From Nitrosopumilus sp. (GTDB taxonomy: Archaea; Thermoproteota; Nitrososphaeria; Nitrososphaerales; Nitrosopumilaceae), in the NCBI GenBank assembly GCA_029862745.1, contig JAOTWS010000004.1, positions 10,250-42,249 of the forward strand: 32,000 nucleotides of DNA, in the 5' to 3' direction. A program made the position numbers and the translations under genes. Positions 16,703-25,920 of the stretch are shown one piece after another. Numbering within the stretch: the first letter of the stretch is position 1; each line of letters begins with the position of its first letter. A model generated the notes under the pieces. That model searched no databases. It was given only the letters and a program-made list of their open reading frames with translations, and was not told the origin of the DNA.

Positions 16703-17704
16703 TTAATCCTTCGGAGTGGTTGGTTTGGTTCTCCATTTTTTAGGATACGTGTTTGGAGCCATAATGATTCTGTTTGTAACAAATGCGTACCCCTTTGTTG
16801 CTTCACGAATATCTTCTTCAGACATAGAAGCTTCAGCTAATGCTACTGCCTCTCCTTTTTGAGTATAAATTCCAACAATATCACCCTTTTTGAGATTTGG
16901 TGAAATTTTCAATATACCAGGAATTGCAAGTTGTGCACCATGACACATAGCATCTACTGCAGAATCACGAATAATTACGGATTTTAACTCACTAAGAGCA
17001 TATTCTACTGGCTTGATCATCGTCATTAATTTACTGAAATCTTTTTTCTCTTCCCACAAAGCAAAGGCGTTTGCAAGTTCATGTAAAGTTACTAGTCCAT
17101 CCTTTTCAGAAAACTGATCAACTCTAGTACGTCTGAGCTCAACCATTGTTGCGCCAGGACCTAGAATCTCTCCAATATCATAGTATAATTTTCGTACATA
17201 TGTTCCTGCCTCACACAGGATTCTTGTTAAGAGTAGTCTCTCTTTTTGTTCTAGCAATTCAAATTCATAAATAGTTCTAGTTCTTGTTTGTCTTACAACT
17301 GCTGAACGTTGTGGTGGTTTTTGAAAGATTTCCCCTTGAAACATAGCAATTACTTCATTTAGTTTTTCTTTAGATGGTAGTGAATGAATTCGTCCTAGCG
17401 CATGATACTCTTTTGGACCATAAAGTAAAACTCCCAGGGCCTTAGTTGCCTCTCCTAGTCCAAGAGGCAATACTCCTGAAACTTGCGGATCTAGTGTTCC
17501 ACTGTGACCAATTTTTGGAATCTTCAAAAGACGTTTTGTCCATGCAACAGTTTCATGACTTGTAGGACCTGGTGGTTTGTCCAGTAGAATTATTCCATAG
17601 TTTAGCAGCTGCTCAATTGTTCGTTTATCATAATATGTTCCATAGGCATCATCAGTAATATCCTGATCAATTTCAATTAAATTTTCAAGTTGTTTTAGTG
17701 TCAT
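16703..17704 (-). CDS. cbf5: H/ACA RNP pseudouridine synthase Cbf5 (TruB family)
   Basis: It has the TruB catalytic motif GHSGTLDPQVSGVLPL and a C-terminal PUA domain (DSAVDAMCHGAQLAIPGI...GDIVGIYTQKGEAVALA). Confidence 0.92.
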   Translation of the reverse strand: MTLKQLENLIEIDQDITDDAYGTYYDKRTIEQLLNYGIILLDKPPGPTSHETVAWTKRLLKIPKIGHSGTLDPQVSGVLPLGLGEATKALGVLLYGPKEYHALGRIHSLPSKEKLNEVIAMFQGEIFQKPPQRSAVVRQTRTRTIYEFELLEQKERLLLTRILCEAGTYVRKLYYDIGEILGPGATMVELRRTRVDQFSEKDGLVTLHELANAFALWEEKKDFSKLMTMIKPVEYALSELKSVIIRDSAVDAMCHGAQLAIPGILKISPNLKKGDIVGIYTQKGEAVALAEASMSEEDIREATKGYAFVTNRIIMAPNTYPKKWRTKPTTPKD

Positions 17705-18261
17705 AGTAGTTTTCTCACAGTTTCTTTTGCCATATCAATTACTTGTTGTGCAGAAAGATTGTCAGTGTTAATTATTAAATCAAACACAGATTCATCATAG
17801 CCAAAATTAAAATCATAAAGTTTTTTGTATAATGCTTTATTCTTATCAAAACGCTTTTTTGTTATTTCATAAGCTTCATTTTGGCTCATATTATCTCTTG
17901 TTTGCATTCTTTTGGAGCTGCTTTCATGTGAGCCATCTAACCAGATTTTAATCCCATCTTTTATCAGCCACGGAAGAGTGTAGCTGGTAATTACCATTCC
18001 ACCTTCATTGAAAAGCAGAATTAATTTTTGATCCAATTTTTTATCAAATTCTGAATTTTGTTCACGTTGACTTAGAAATTTCATACCTTCATCAGTATCC
18101 CACCAATCTTCACTATCAGAATCAAAGCCTTGCTCTTTTGCCATTTCCTTTAACACATCCCCTCCACTAAGGTATTGTAGTTGAAATTCTTCTGCTAATC
18201 CTTTAGCAACAGTTGTTTTGCCTACTGCAGGAGGACCAGAAATGACAATAGATTTCATCAA
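17701..18261 (-). CDS. cmk: cytidylate kinase, archaeal type
   Basis: It has the P-loop ISGPPAVGKTT and is 186 aa. It occupies the conserved archaeal position after adk and DUF106. It overlaps each neighbouring gene by 4 nt. Confidence 0.8.
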   Translation of the reverse strand: MMKSIVISGPPAVGKTTVAKGLAEEFQLQYLSGGDVLKEMAKEQGFDSDSEDWWDTDEGMKFLSQREQNSEFDKKLDQKLILLFNEGGMVITSYTLPWLIKDGIKIWLDGSHESSSKRMQTRDNMSQNEAYEITKKRFDKNKALYKKLYDFNFGYDESVFDLIINTDNLSAQQVIDMAKETVRKLL

Positions 18262-18884
18262 CCGAGATCCATCGATGTCTTTGTTAATTTCATTATAATT
18301 CCACTAAATGAAATTGATGCAAGGAAGTACCATGCCCAAAGATACAATGCATTTTCTTGACCAAAGCAAACATGACCTTCTTCTAATGCTTGTTCAGCAG
18401 TACATGTTAGTTGAAAGAAATCTCCTGGAATAACATTTAATGGTATTGGAGAAAGGGCAACAGTATAAGAAAATAGTTGTGGCAACACAAGATAGAATAT
18501 TAGAATTAAAGGAACAAATGTAATTAACATTGGTCGCATATTCATCTGCATCATCTCCATTGACATTTTGTTCATGTATGATGACTTTTTTCCTAGTTCG
18601 CTTATCTTTGCTTGATCTTTAGCCCTCATTGCAGCCATTCTTTCTTTTTGCCATCCTCGTGTCTCTTTCATAATACGTTTGAGTTTTACTTGATCAACCA
18701 TCTTTCTTCTAACTGCAGCATTAAAGAGATTAAGCACAATACCAAATCCAGCTACTGCAAACATGCCAAGAATCAACCCTTTGATTATAGGATCATCACT
18801 TCCAAGCGCATGACTTCCTTGACCAAGAAAATCCAGTTGGAGGTGTATTGAGTCGATAAAGAGTAGAATAAAGTTAAAGTCCAT
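18258..18884 (-). CDS. DUF106-family membrane protein (archaeal YidC/Oxa1/EMC3-like insertase homologue)
   Basis: It has 3 TM segments and a basic, Met-rich coiled loop (KRIMKETRGWQKERMAAMRAKD...MSMEMMQMNMRPM). It sits in the conserved position between adk and cmk. Confidence 0.75.
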   Translation of the reverse strand: MDFNFILLFIDSIHLQLDFLGQGSHALGSDDPIIKGLILGMFAVAGFGIVLNLFNAAVRRKMVDQVKLKRIMKETRGWQKERMAAMRAKDQAKISELGKKSSYMNKMSMEMMQMNMRPMLITFVPLILIFYLVLPQLFSYTVALSPIPLNVIPGDFFQLTCTAEQALEEGHVCFGQENALYLWAWYFLASISFSGIIMKLTKTSMDLG

Positions 18885-18888
18885 TTTT

Positions 18889-19467
18889 TTACAGTCCTAT
18901 TGCCTTAATTATTTTATTTGCTGCTTCATCAACCTTTCCCTCACCATTTAGAATATGCTTTACTGGGGAGCCAGTAATTACAGCACATGCAGAAATCATG
19001 CCTGATTGAACATCTAGCTCTTTTTTAATGTTAGATAAGGTGATCTTGTCTCTATTACGGGTATCATCAGTCATTCGTCTATTGTAGATTTCTTCAGGTT
19101 TTGCAGAGATCGAGATGAAATTTGTGGGTTTTATGATTTTTAGAACATGTTCAGGCAATCCAGGATAGTATCCCTCAGGAGAATTGATAAATGCATGAGT
19201 ATCAATGATCATAATTTCTTCATTTTGAGATGCAATTTTTTCTGCAGTGAGTTTCTGAATTCGTTGTTGTTCTGCAACTGGTAATTTTCTAAGTTCATCT
19301 CTATCAATTAGTCCATTTTCTTTTGCAACTTCAAACATTAAGGTTCCAAAACTTATTCGTGTAATTTTTTTTTTATTATCAGTTAGTATTTTTACAATTT
19401 TTGATAACAATGTTGTTTTTCCAACACCTGGAATGCCTATCATTACAATTCTTTTATTTTCTACCAA
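18889..19467 (-). CDS. adk: adenylate kinase, archaeal type
   Basis: It has the P-loop MIGIPGVGKTT and the archaeal AdkA layout. The ORF is open to ATG 19494, but that start would overlap secY by 41 nt, so TTG 19467 or ATG 19443 is more plausible. Confidence 0.85.
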   Translation of the reverse strand: MVENKRIVMIGIPGVGKTTLLSKIVKILTDNKKKITRISFGTLMFEVAKENGLIDRDELRKLPVAEQQRIQKLTAEKIASQNEEIMIIDTHAFINSPEGYYPGLPEHVLKIIKPTNFISISAKPEEIYNRRMTDDTRNRDKITLSNIKKELDVQSGMISACAVITGSPVKHILNGEGKVDEAANKIIKAIGL

Positions 19468-20884
19468 GTAAAGCACCCAAACGTGGCATGACAACTTCCA
19501 CTCGTTCTCTAACTAACTGCGTATAGTAATTGATGAGAATATCTACCATTAATAAAATTCCAATTCCAGAACCAAATACACCAAGAACATCAGAGACACC
19601 TGCTAATAGACCTAAAATTGCAGAGCCAATAATTGTAACTGATGGGATGTATTTGTTCAGCAAGGCTTCAACTGGTTTGTTTGATCTTCTAAATCCAGGG
19701 ATTTGTACATCTGCGTCAAGTAAATTCTGAGCCGCACTCTTTGGAGACAAACCTCCAAGCTCAACCCACAATCTACCAAACAGAATAACAATTCCGACCA
19801 TAAATAAGACATATCCTACTGCACGCATTGGATCTAAAGCAGCAACATCTAATCCTCTTGGAGGGGTGACATAATAGATAAGACCACCAATCGGTGTAGA
19901 CGGGCTTGTCGGGTCAAATTGCGCAATAAAGTTTACAAAGAAATTATTATTTCGCGGGTTAAGATTTGCCCATAACATTTGGAATATGAATACAGCATTT
20001 GCAGTTAATGCAGATGCCAAGATAACTGGAATGTTAGAAACATACATCAATTTGATTGGATAAACAGCAGAAAAACCTCTATACTTTGTAGAGACAATTG
20101 GAATTTCAATTTTCATACCTTGAGTGAATACAAGAATTAACAATACGCCAGCAGTCAAAAATATACCAAATATGCTCGGGAGACTATTAGCACGAAATAT
20201 TGTATTTGTAATATCACCGGCCATAATAGATTGTCCTAAATATGGAATGATACCTATCGACCCACCATCTCCTGCAGGCAGAGGACTAAACAAACTCCAA
20301 AGAATTTGCTGAGCAACACCGGCCATAATGAATAAACTGATTCCACTGCCTAGACCCCATCCCTTTTGAATTAATTCATCTAAGAACATGATGAGAATAG
20401 ATGCCGCCATTAATTGGCCAATCATTACATACAAGAAATACGGCTCACTTACACCAGGACCATAAACGGCTATAGCATATACAATAGATTCAGCTACAAT
20501 TACAACATATGTTACCAACTTGGTAGCAGTCTGAAAGATTCCTCGTTCTTCAGGTTTTTTGAAATCAAATTTAAGAATTTCTGAACCTCTCAATAATTGC
20601 ATCAAGAGTCCAGCCGTTACTATCGGGCCAATCCCCAATTCAACCAAAGTACCCTGTTGTGATGCAAAAATTACTCTAGCAAAGGCTAGAAAGTCAAACT
20701 GCGGTGCTGTTGCACCAAACAATGGGGTCTGACCCATTATCATATAGATTAGTAATGCAATGCCACACCAAAGTAATCTAGTTGGTAGTGAGATTTTCTT
20801 TTTTGGTTTTGGAACCTGAGGAATGTAAGGTTCTGCTTTGAAAACAACTTTTCGGATAATAGCAGTAATACTACCTTCAGCCAT
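19454..20884 (-). CDS. secY: protein translocase subunit SecY
   Basis: It has 10 TM segments and the typical SecY/Sec61-alpha sequence. I chose the ATG at 20884 (MAEGSITAII...), which overlaps the uL15 stop codon (AATGGCTGA). The ORF is open to 20908. Confidence 0.95.
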   Translation of the reverse strand: MAEGSITAIIRKVVFKAEPYIPQVPKPKKKISLPTRLLWCGIALLIYMIMGQTPLFGATAPQFDFLAFARVIFASQQGTLVELGIGPIVTAGLLMQLLRGSEILKFDFKKPEERGIFQTATKLVTYVVIVAESIVYAIAVYGPGVSEPYFLYVMIGQLMAASILIMFLDELIQKGWGLGSGISLFIMAGVAQQILWSLFSPLPAGDGGSIGIIPYLGQSIMAGDITNTIFRANSLPSIFGIFLTAGVLLILVFTQGMKIEIPIVSTKYRGFSAVYPIKLMYVSNIPVILASALTANAVFIFQMLWANLNPRNNNFFVNFIAQFDPTSPSTPIGGLIYYVTPPRGLDVAALDPMRAVGYVLFMVGIVILFGRLWVELGGLSPKSAAQNLLDADVQIPGFRRSNKPVEALLNKYIPSVTIIGSAILGLLAGVSDVLGVFGSGIGILLMVDILINYYTQLVRERVEVVMPRLGALLGRK

Positions 20885-21302
20885 TGTTAAGTAACACTTC
20901 TCCCCCAACAGATTTTAGTTTCTCTTCTGCAGATGCGGTAAATTGTTGTACTTTGACGGAATACGTGTTAACAAGTTTTCCGCCACCAAGGAGTTTATCA
21001 TATCCTGCACTTTCAAGGTCTATGATTTTCTTCCCCCCTTCTTCTTTACCGAACTTTGTGTACAAGTCATCAAGATCTCTGACGCTAGTCCATTTTTTTA
21101 TAATATTTGGGTGAGGTGTTTTAGGGATATCATGACCATAATGATCTGGATCTTCTTTTAGCATAGTGCTTCTATGATGTTTCTTCATACCAGTAACTCC
21201 AAGACCACCTTTATGACCACTGGCACGATGTTGACCTACTTGTCCCCATCCCATATGTCGTCCGCCTCTTAGTCTTCGAGTCTTTCTTAATCTTGTTGCC
21301 AT
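20877..21302 (-). CDS. rpl15: 50S ribosomal protein uL15 (L15P)
   Basis: RKTRRLRGGRHMGWGQVGQHRASGHKGGLG matches the uL15 N-terminus, and the gene lies directly upstream of secY. Confidence 0.9.
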   Translation of the reverse strand: MATRLRKTRRLRGGRHMGWGQVGQHRASGHKGGLGVTGMKKHHRSTMLKEDPDHYGHDIPKTPHPNIIKKWTSVRDLDDLYTKFGKEEGGKKIIDLESAGYDKLLGGGKLVNTYSVKVQQFTASAEEKLKSVGGEVLLNNG

Positions 21303-21303
21303 A

Positions 21304-21771
21304 TTATATCATATTCCTTACTAAATTGCCAAGTTCTTTGTTTTGTCCAAGAACACCTTTCTCTCCATACAATCTCTTTGTACTTCTTTTGAATCCAAAT
21401 CTTGGTGGTGAAAGAGCAAACCAAGGTTTTAGAGGTTTTAATTTTGATAGGGTTGCTTTTCCTTCAGACAAAGCTTTTGCCAGTGCTTCAGAACTTTCAA
21501 AACCAAGTTCTTTTAGGTCATCTGCAGTGATCTTTTGATAGCCACCTTTTCTTGCTTTTTTGTCAATCAACTCTTTTGCCAAAGAGGCATCAAGTTCAAC
21601 CCAGGCAATGTAATGTTGTACTTTTCTTAGCATTCCTAAAGTATTATCTTTTGCAGGCAAAATTGTTGCACGATATTTTTTATCCAATTTTAATAAAGTC
21701 ATAGTAGTTGTGGCCCAGTATGGACAATCAGCTTGACCCTTTATTCTAACTACAAGATATGCATTTACCAT
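21304..21771 (-). CDS. rpl30: 50S ribosomal protein uL30 (L30P)
   Basis: The protein is 155 aa with the archaeal L30P/L7e pattern (LVVRIKGQ...TLLKL.L...). It lies between uS5 and uL15. Confidence 0.88.
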   Translation of the reverse strand: MVNAYLVVRIKGQADCPYWATTTMTLLKLDKKYRATILPAKDNTLGMLRKVQHYIAWVELDASLAKELIDKKARKGGYQKITADDLKELGFESSEALAKALSEGKATLSKLKPLKPWFALSPPRFGFKRSTKRLYGEKGVLGQNKELGNLVRNMI

Positions 21772-21777
21772 TTTTCA

Positions 21778-22491
21778 TCAACCTTGACTAAATGTCTGCC
21801 TAAGACAATCCAATATAGCCTTTGAAGTAGAATTCATGGTAGGAGTAGAACCTTTTGCTGTAGTCCATGCATCCTTTAGACCTGCTAATTCCAATAATCG
21901 TTTAATTTTACCACCTGCAACTAGACCCAATCCACGGGGTGCAGGAATAATTTCAATTGTAACGCTACCACCTTTTCCTCTAACTTTAAACGGTACCGAA
22001 TGTTTTTGATCACATCTACATTCCCAACTACCGCATCCCATTTTGATTGGGTTGACATTAAGATAAGCTTGATTTGTTGCTTTTTCAATAGCAATTCTCA
22101 TTTGTTTTGATTTTCCTTGACCAATTCCTAAGTAACCATTTTCATTTCCAGTTGCAACAATGGCTTTGAATCTAGTTGATTGTCCATTAGAAGTCATTTT
22201 TTGAATAATTCCAACATCTACAACTTCACTTTTCAAATCAGGAAGTAATTTCTTAATTATTCCTGCTTCTTGAATTCTTAATCCTAATTCTATAATTTCT
22301 TCTAATGATTCGATTTCACCTGATGCAACTTTTTGGCCTAATATGGTTTTTGGAACCCAAGCTTCTTCTTCTGGTTCTCTTCTTGGTCTTCTTGGTCGGT
22401 CGCCACCTTTTGCTCCACCTGGAGGACCTCTTCCATATACAGGTGGACCTCTACCTCGTTGACCCCCTTTAGATTGTGTTGTCTGGCTCAT
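21778..22491 (-). CDS. rps5: 30S ribosomal protein uS5 (S5P)
   Basis: It has a Gly/Arg-rich N-terminus followed by the S5 dsRBD and C-terminal domains (RFKAIVATGNENGYLGIGQGKSK...AIEKA...). Confidence 0.93.
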   Translation of the reverse strand: MSQTTQSKGGQRGRGPPVYGRGPPGGAKGGDRPRRPRREPEEEAWVPKTILGQKVASGEIESLEEIIELGLRIQEAGIIKKLLPDLKSEVVDVGIIQKMTSNGQSTRFKAIVATGNENGYLGIGQGKSKQMRIAIEKATNQAYLNVNPIKMGCGSWECRCDQKHSVPFKVRGKGGSVTIEIIPAPRGLGLVAGGKIKRLLELAGLKDAWTTAKGSTPTMNSTSKAILDCLRQTFSQG

Positions 22492-22493
22492 TT

Positions 22494-22976
22494 CTACTTG
22501 ACCTCACTTTCAATTGAGGATTTTATTTTTGAAATTTCATTTTTAACAGTAAGATGTTCGCCGTTTATTCGCTCATCGGCTGGAAATGTTTTTTCATCTG
22601 TTGGAACCTTAATGCCTGCATCAACTACCCCTTTGAGAGCAGCTGCAACTCTTTGAGTATATCTTTTAGTTCCGGTGTATAGAATTGCATCTTTTGCTCC
22701 TTTACCTAATGCTTTCTTGCCAGCCAAAAATCCTGTAAGATATGCTGCAGGGATACTTTTTCTGGAACCTTTCCATCCTTTCTCAAGTAAAGATCTAGAA
22801 TGTGCAGACGCAATTACTGTGTCACCAGTCATTCCAGGCTTGAGAATTTGAACTTGAGTATTTTCATTAGTAATGTTTACAGTGATAAAATCACGTTTAC
22901 CCATCAACATGGTTCCACGTTTCTTATAATTGGTCTTTTCCTCCCTTAATCTGCGTAATATTTTCGAATAAGCCAT
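22494..22976 (-). CDS. rpl18: 50S ribosomal protein uL18 (L18P/L5e)
   Basis: RRLREEKTNYKKR...TNENTQVQI...GDTVIASAHS matches the archaeal L18P family. Confidence 0.9.
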   Translation of the reverse strand: MAYSKILRRLREEKTNYKKRGTMLMGKRDFITVNITNENTQVQILKPGMTGDTVIASAHSRSLLEKGWKGSRKSIPAAYLTGFLAGKKALGKGAKDAILYTGTKRYTQRVAAALKGVVDAGIKVPTDEKTFPADERINGEHLTVKNEISKIKSSIESEVK

Positions 22977-23003
22977 CTATAGAAACCGAGTTTGAAACTG
23001 CTC

Positions 23004-23012
23004 TTATATACG
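23004..23012 (-). promoter_or_regulatory. putative TATA box (minus strand CGTATATAA) for the uL18-led operon
   Basis: It lies 28-36 nt upstream of the uL18 ATG (22976) and abuts the argF stop codon (23013-23015). Confidence 0.35.
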
Positions 23013-23927
23013 TTAAGCGTGAATTATGGAAGCAAGTAAAGCCTTTTGAGTATGAAGACGATTTTCTGCTTCATCCCAGACAACAGATTGAGGTCCATCA
23101 ATTACAGATGATGTAACTTCTTGTTCCCTCTTTGCAGGAAGGCAATGCAAAAAGATCGCATTGTTCTTTGCACTGTTCATTAATTTAGAGTTGACTTGAA
23201 ATTTTGGAAGAAATTTTTTGATTCGTTTTGGATCACTGTTATGAATTGAAGAATAAGTGTCAGTTACAACCACATCAGCATTTTTAGTTGCAATAAATGG
23301 ATATGTAGTTAGTTCAATGTTAGTTGATTTTTTAGATTCTTTGATTACTATCTTGTCAGGTTCAAAACCTTTTGGAGTTGCAATTGACATTTCAATTCCA
23401 GATAAGGCAGCACCATAAATCATAGAGTTACACACATTGTTACCATCTCCAATCCAGGCAATTTTTAATTTTTTGAGATTTTTCTTTTTTTCTTTTATTG
23501 TCATAAAATCAGCCAAGATTTGACAAGGATGAAAAGAATCAGATAATCCATTTATCACAGGAATGCTTGAGTGTTTTGATAAATTAATTAGTAATTCATG
23601 ATCGTAAACTCGTGCCATTATACAATCAGAATATCGTGAAAGAGTTTTTGCAGTGTCTTCAACGGATTCACCTCTAGATAGTTGCATGTCATTAGATGAC
23701 AAATTAATTGCATGTCCACCTAATTGGAACATTCCTGTTTCAAAACTTACACGTGTTCGAGTAGACGGTTTTTGAAAGATCATTGCCAGTGTCTTATTCT
23801 TTAAAAGAGATTTACATTTGCCTTCTTTGAATTCTTTTTTAAGTTTAAGGGAAAGATCAATTAATCCTGAAAATTCCTTTGGGGTCAGTTCACCTAAAGT
23901 GAGTAAATCTTTTGTTTTGAGTTTCAT
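23013..23927 (-). CDS. argF: ornithine carbamoyltransferase family protein (SMG-loop motif altered)
   Basis: The [17 protein letters not shown] and HCLP motifs of the OTCase family are present. The expected D.{3}SMG motif reads TDTYSSIH. The ATG overlaps the ftsY stop codon (AAATGA). Confidence 0.82.
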   Translation of the reverse strand: MKLKTKDLLTLGELTPKEFSGLIDLSLKLKKEFKEGKCKSLLKNKTLAMIFQKPSTRTRVSFETGMFQLGGHAINLSSNDMQLSRGESVEDTAKTLSRYSDCIMARVYDHELLINLSKHSSIPVINGLSDSFHPCQILADFMTIKEKKKNLKKLKIAWIGDGNNVCNSMIYGAALSGIEMSIATPKGFEPDKIVIKESKKSTNIELTTYPFIATKNADVVVTDTYSSIHNSDPKRIKKFLPKFQVNSKLMNSAKNNAIFLHCLPAKREQEVTSSVIDGPQSVVWDEAENRLHTQKALLASIIHA

Positions 23928-25384
23928 TTCTTAAAGAATCCAAATATGCCTCGTTTCTTTTTAGGTTTTTCTTCTTTATCATGTTTTTGAATCTCTTCAT
24001 CAGAGTCAAGTGTATCATCAACTTTTTCAACTTTAGATTCTCCAGGCTTTTGTCTGCCATTCTTAATCCACTCACGAATTTTATGTCCTAATTGTATTGC
24101 ATCATTGTCATTATCAGGTGGAGGTATATCAAATAGATCTGAATAAGTTGCAATATCATCATCATTGATTCCTTCAAAGGGATCATCTGAGGAAACAACG
24201 GGTTCTGGTTCTGGTTTTGGTTCTGGTTTTGGTTCTGGTTTTGGTTCTGGTTTTGGTTCTGGTTTTGGTTCTGGTTTTGGTTCTGGTTTTGGTTCTGGTT
24301 CTGGTTTTGGTTCTGGTTTTGGTTCTGGTTTTGGTTCTGGTTTTGGTTCTGGTTCTGGTTTTGGTTCTGGTTTTGGTTCTGGTTTTGGTTCTGGTTTTGG
24401 TTCTGGTTTTGGTTCTGGTTTTGGTTCTGGTTTTGGTTCTGGTGCTAACCCAACGGACTTGGTTATGTCTATACCATCAAATGAACCAAAAACAGTTTTC
24501 AAAAATATTTCCTTGTCAAATGGAATTAGATCAGGATATTCCTGTCCAACACCTACAAAAAGAATAGGAGTCGAAGTAATTTTTACTATCGATAACGCTG
24601 CACCACCTTTTGCATCAGCATCACCTTTAGTTAGAATAGAGCCATTGAATTTTACATGTTCATAAAATTCACGTGCTTGATTTACAGTATCGTTTCCAGC
24701 TAAAGAATCACCAACAAAAATCTTCATGTCAGGGTTTACGACTTTGGTAATCTTTCCAATTTGTTCCATCAGGTTTTTGCTCGTTTGCATCCTTCCTGCA
24801 GTATCAATTAAAACACAGTCTGTTTTGTGAGATTTTGCATATAGTACTGCATCTCGAGCTACTGCAGCTGGATCTGATTCATAATTTTGAGCAACAAGTT
24901 TTAGATTAAGACGGTTTGTGTGTTCTCGTAATTGTTCTATTGCACCAGCACGAAAAGTATCTGCAGCAGCTACTACTACTGAATATTTTGCTTGTTGTAA
25001 AAGATATGCAATTTTTGCTAAAGACGTGGTTTTACCAGTTCCATTAATTCCAACAAACAAAATCAAAAAAGGTTGTCCTAATTTCTTTTTTTCATTAATT
25101 TTTTCAAAGAGATTAATTTTTCCTGCACTATCAAACAAAACAGAGATACTTGAAATTAAACTATCTTTAACAAATTTTTCAATTTGATTCTTTTCTACTT
25201 TTGAGCCAATTAATTTTTCTTTTAGATCTGATTTAATGGAATCTATTATTTCAGTTGCTACATCCGATTCTAAGAGTGCTATTTCTAAGTCAAATAGAAT
25301 GTTCTCAACATCTTTTTCATTGAGCTCTTTTTCTCCAAGACTTTTCGCCGCATTAGAAAATGCTTTACGAAGTTTATCAAACAT
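23924..25384 (-). CDS. ftsY: signal recognition particle receptor FtsY with a long C-terminal repeat/tail extension
   Basis: The N-terminal ~310 aa form a complete NG domain ([30 protein letters not shown]). This is followed by ~81 aa of PEPK repeats, an acidic segment, and the terminal [12 protein letters not shown]. Confidence 0.9.
   Translation of the reverse strand: MFDKLRKAFSNAAKSLGEKELNEKDVENILFDLEIALLESDVATEIIDSIKSDLKEKLIGSKVEKNQIEKFVKDSLISSISVLFDSAGKINLFEKINEKKKLGQPFLILFVGINGTGKTTSLAKIAYLLQQAKYSVVVAAADTFRAGAIEQLREHTNRLNLKLVAQNYESDPAAVARDAVLYAKSHKTDCVLIDTAGRMQTSKNLMEQIGKITKVVNPDMKIFVGDSLAGNDTVNQAREFYEHVKFNGSILTKGDADAKGGAALSIVKITSTPILFVGVGQEYPDLIPFDKEIFLKTVFGSFDGIDITKSVGLAPEPKPEPKPEPKPEPKPEPKPEPKPEPKPEPEPKPEPKPEPKPEPKPEPEPKPEPKPEPKPEPKPEPKPEPKPEPKPEPEPVVSSDDPFEGINDDDIATYSDLFDIPPPDNDNDAIQLGHKIREWIKNGRQKPGESKVEKVDDTLDSDEEIQKHDKEEKPKKKRGIFGFFKK
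24201..24443. repeat. tandem repeat with a 12 nt unit (plus strand GGTTCTGGTTTT; coding strand AAACCAGAACCA), ~20 copies with three 6 nt irregularities
   Basis: Read directly from the sequence. The units are near-perfect and use identical codons, and the repeat encodes (PEPK)n inside ftsY. Confidence 0.95.
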
Positions 25385-25387
25385 ATT

Positions 25388-25813
25388 TTATCCTGAATTT
25401 GGAGGAGATATAGATTGCATTAATTGATTAATTTGAATTCGTCCTTGTTCTAAACGCCCTGCGGCATCTTGTTTTTTTGCAGAAGTGTCATTGATAGCAA
25501 TCTCAATTTCTTTTACTCGTGCTTCAAGAAAATTAATCGCTGAAGGAAAATCTTTTTCCACTGCAACACCTGCACCAATATTCAAAATAATTTTGGAGTT
25601 TGATGAAATTTTTGTAGGAAGATATGCACCCATTCCAATTGGAACAAGGGTTTCAGATTCAGGTTTCTGACTAAGAGATTTAATTGATTCAATGGCAGCA
25701 ACTGTTTCTCTGAAGATATTCACAAAAGATGCTTCTCTTTGAGACAAATCAGAAAAATAGGTTTCAAGCATTTGCATTTGTTGCATCAATTGTTCAGCCT
25801 GTTCTTCACTCAT
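25388..25813 (-). CDS. pfdA: prefoldin subunit alpha
   Basis: The protein is 141 aa with two coiled-coil arms flanking a beta-hairpin core (LVPIGMGAYLPTKI...ILNIGAGVAVEKD). It sits in the conserved archaeal position upstream of ftsY. Confidence 0.85.
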   Translation of the reverse strand: MSEEQAEQLMQQMQMLETYFSDLSQREASFVNIFRETVAAIESIKSLSQKPESETLVPIGMGAYLPTKISSNSKIILNIGAGVAVEKDFPSAINFLEARVKEIEIAINDTSAKKQDAAGRLEQGRIQINQLMQSISPPNSG

Positions 25814-25898
25814 TTACAACAAAGATTTTACAGATGGTTATAAATTCATTCTTTGGTAAAATGAAAAATTTACAACCAATAGATAGGTAGATAGATTT

Positions 25899-25912
25899 AA
25901 AAAAAATAAAAA
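25899..25912 (-). terminator. oligo-T tract (minus strand TTTTTATTTTTTTT) after the SOD stop codon
   Basis: The tract begins 9 nt downstream of the sod stop codon on the minus strand and resembles an archaeal oligo-T termination signal. Confidence 0.35.
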
Positions 25913-25920
25913 TTAGAAAT

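Noticed and set aside
19530-20312. Plus-strand ORFs of 66 and 62 aa inside secY, and similar short antisense ORFs inside the uL15, lysS, pckA, sod and LhgO-like genes
   Set aside because: All lie wholly within, and antisense to, genes with strong family signatures. None has a motif or plausible promoter context.
24201-24443. Possible CRISPR-like array because of the regular repeats
   Set aside because: The units are 12 nt and directly abutting, with no spacers. They lie in frame inside a coding sequence, and no cas genes are present in the window.
24165-24665. Plus-strand ORFs of 166 aa (GSGFGSGF...) and 116 aa (VLVLVL...) over the ftsY repeat
   Set aside because: They are alternative-strand translations of the 12 nt tandem repeat. 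The opposite strand encodes a complete FtsY with all GTPase motifs, so these low-complexity ORFs are frame artefacts.
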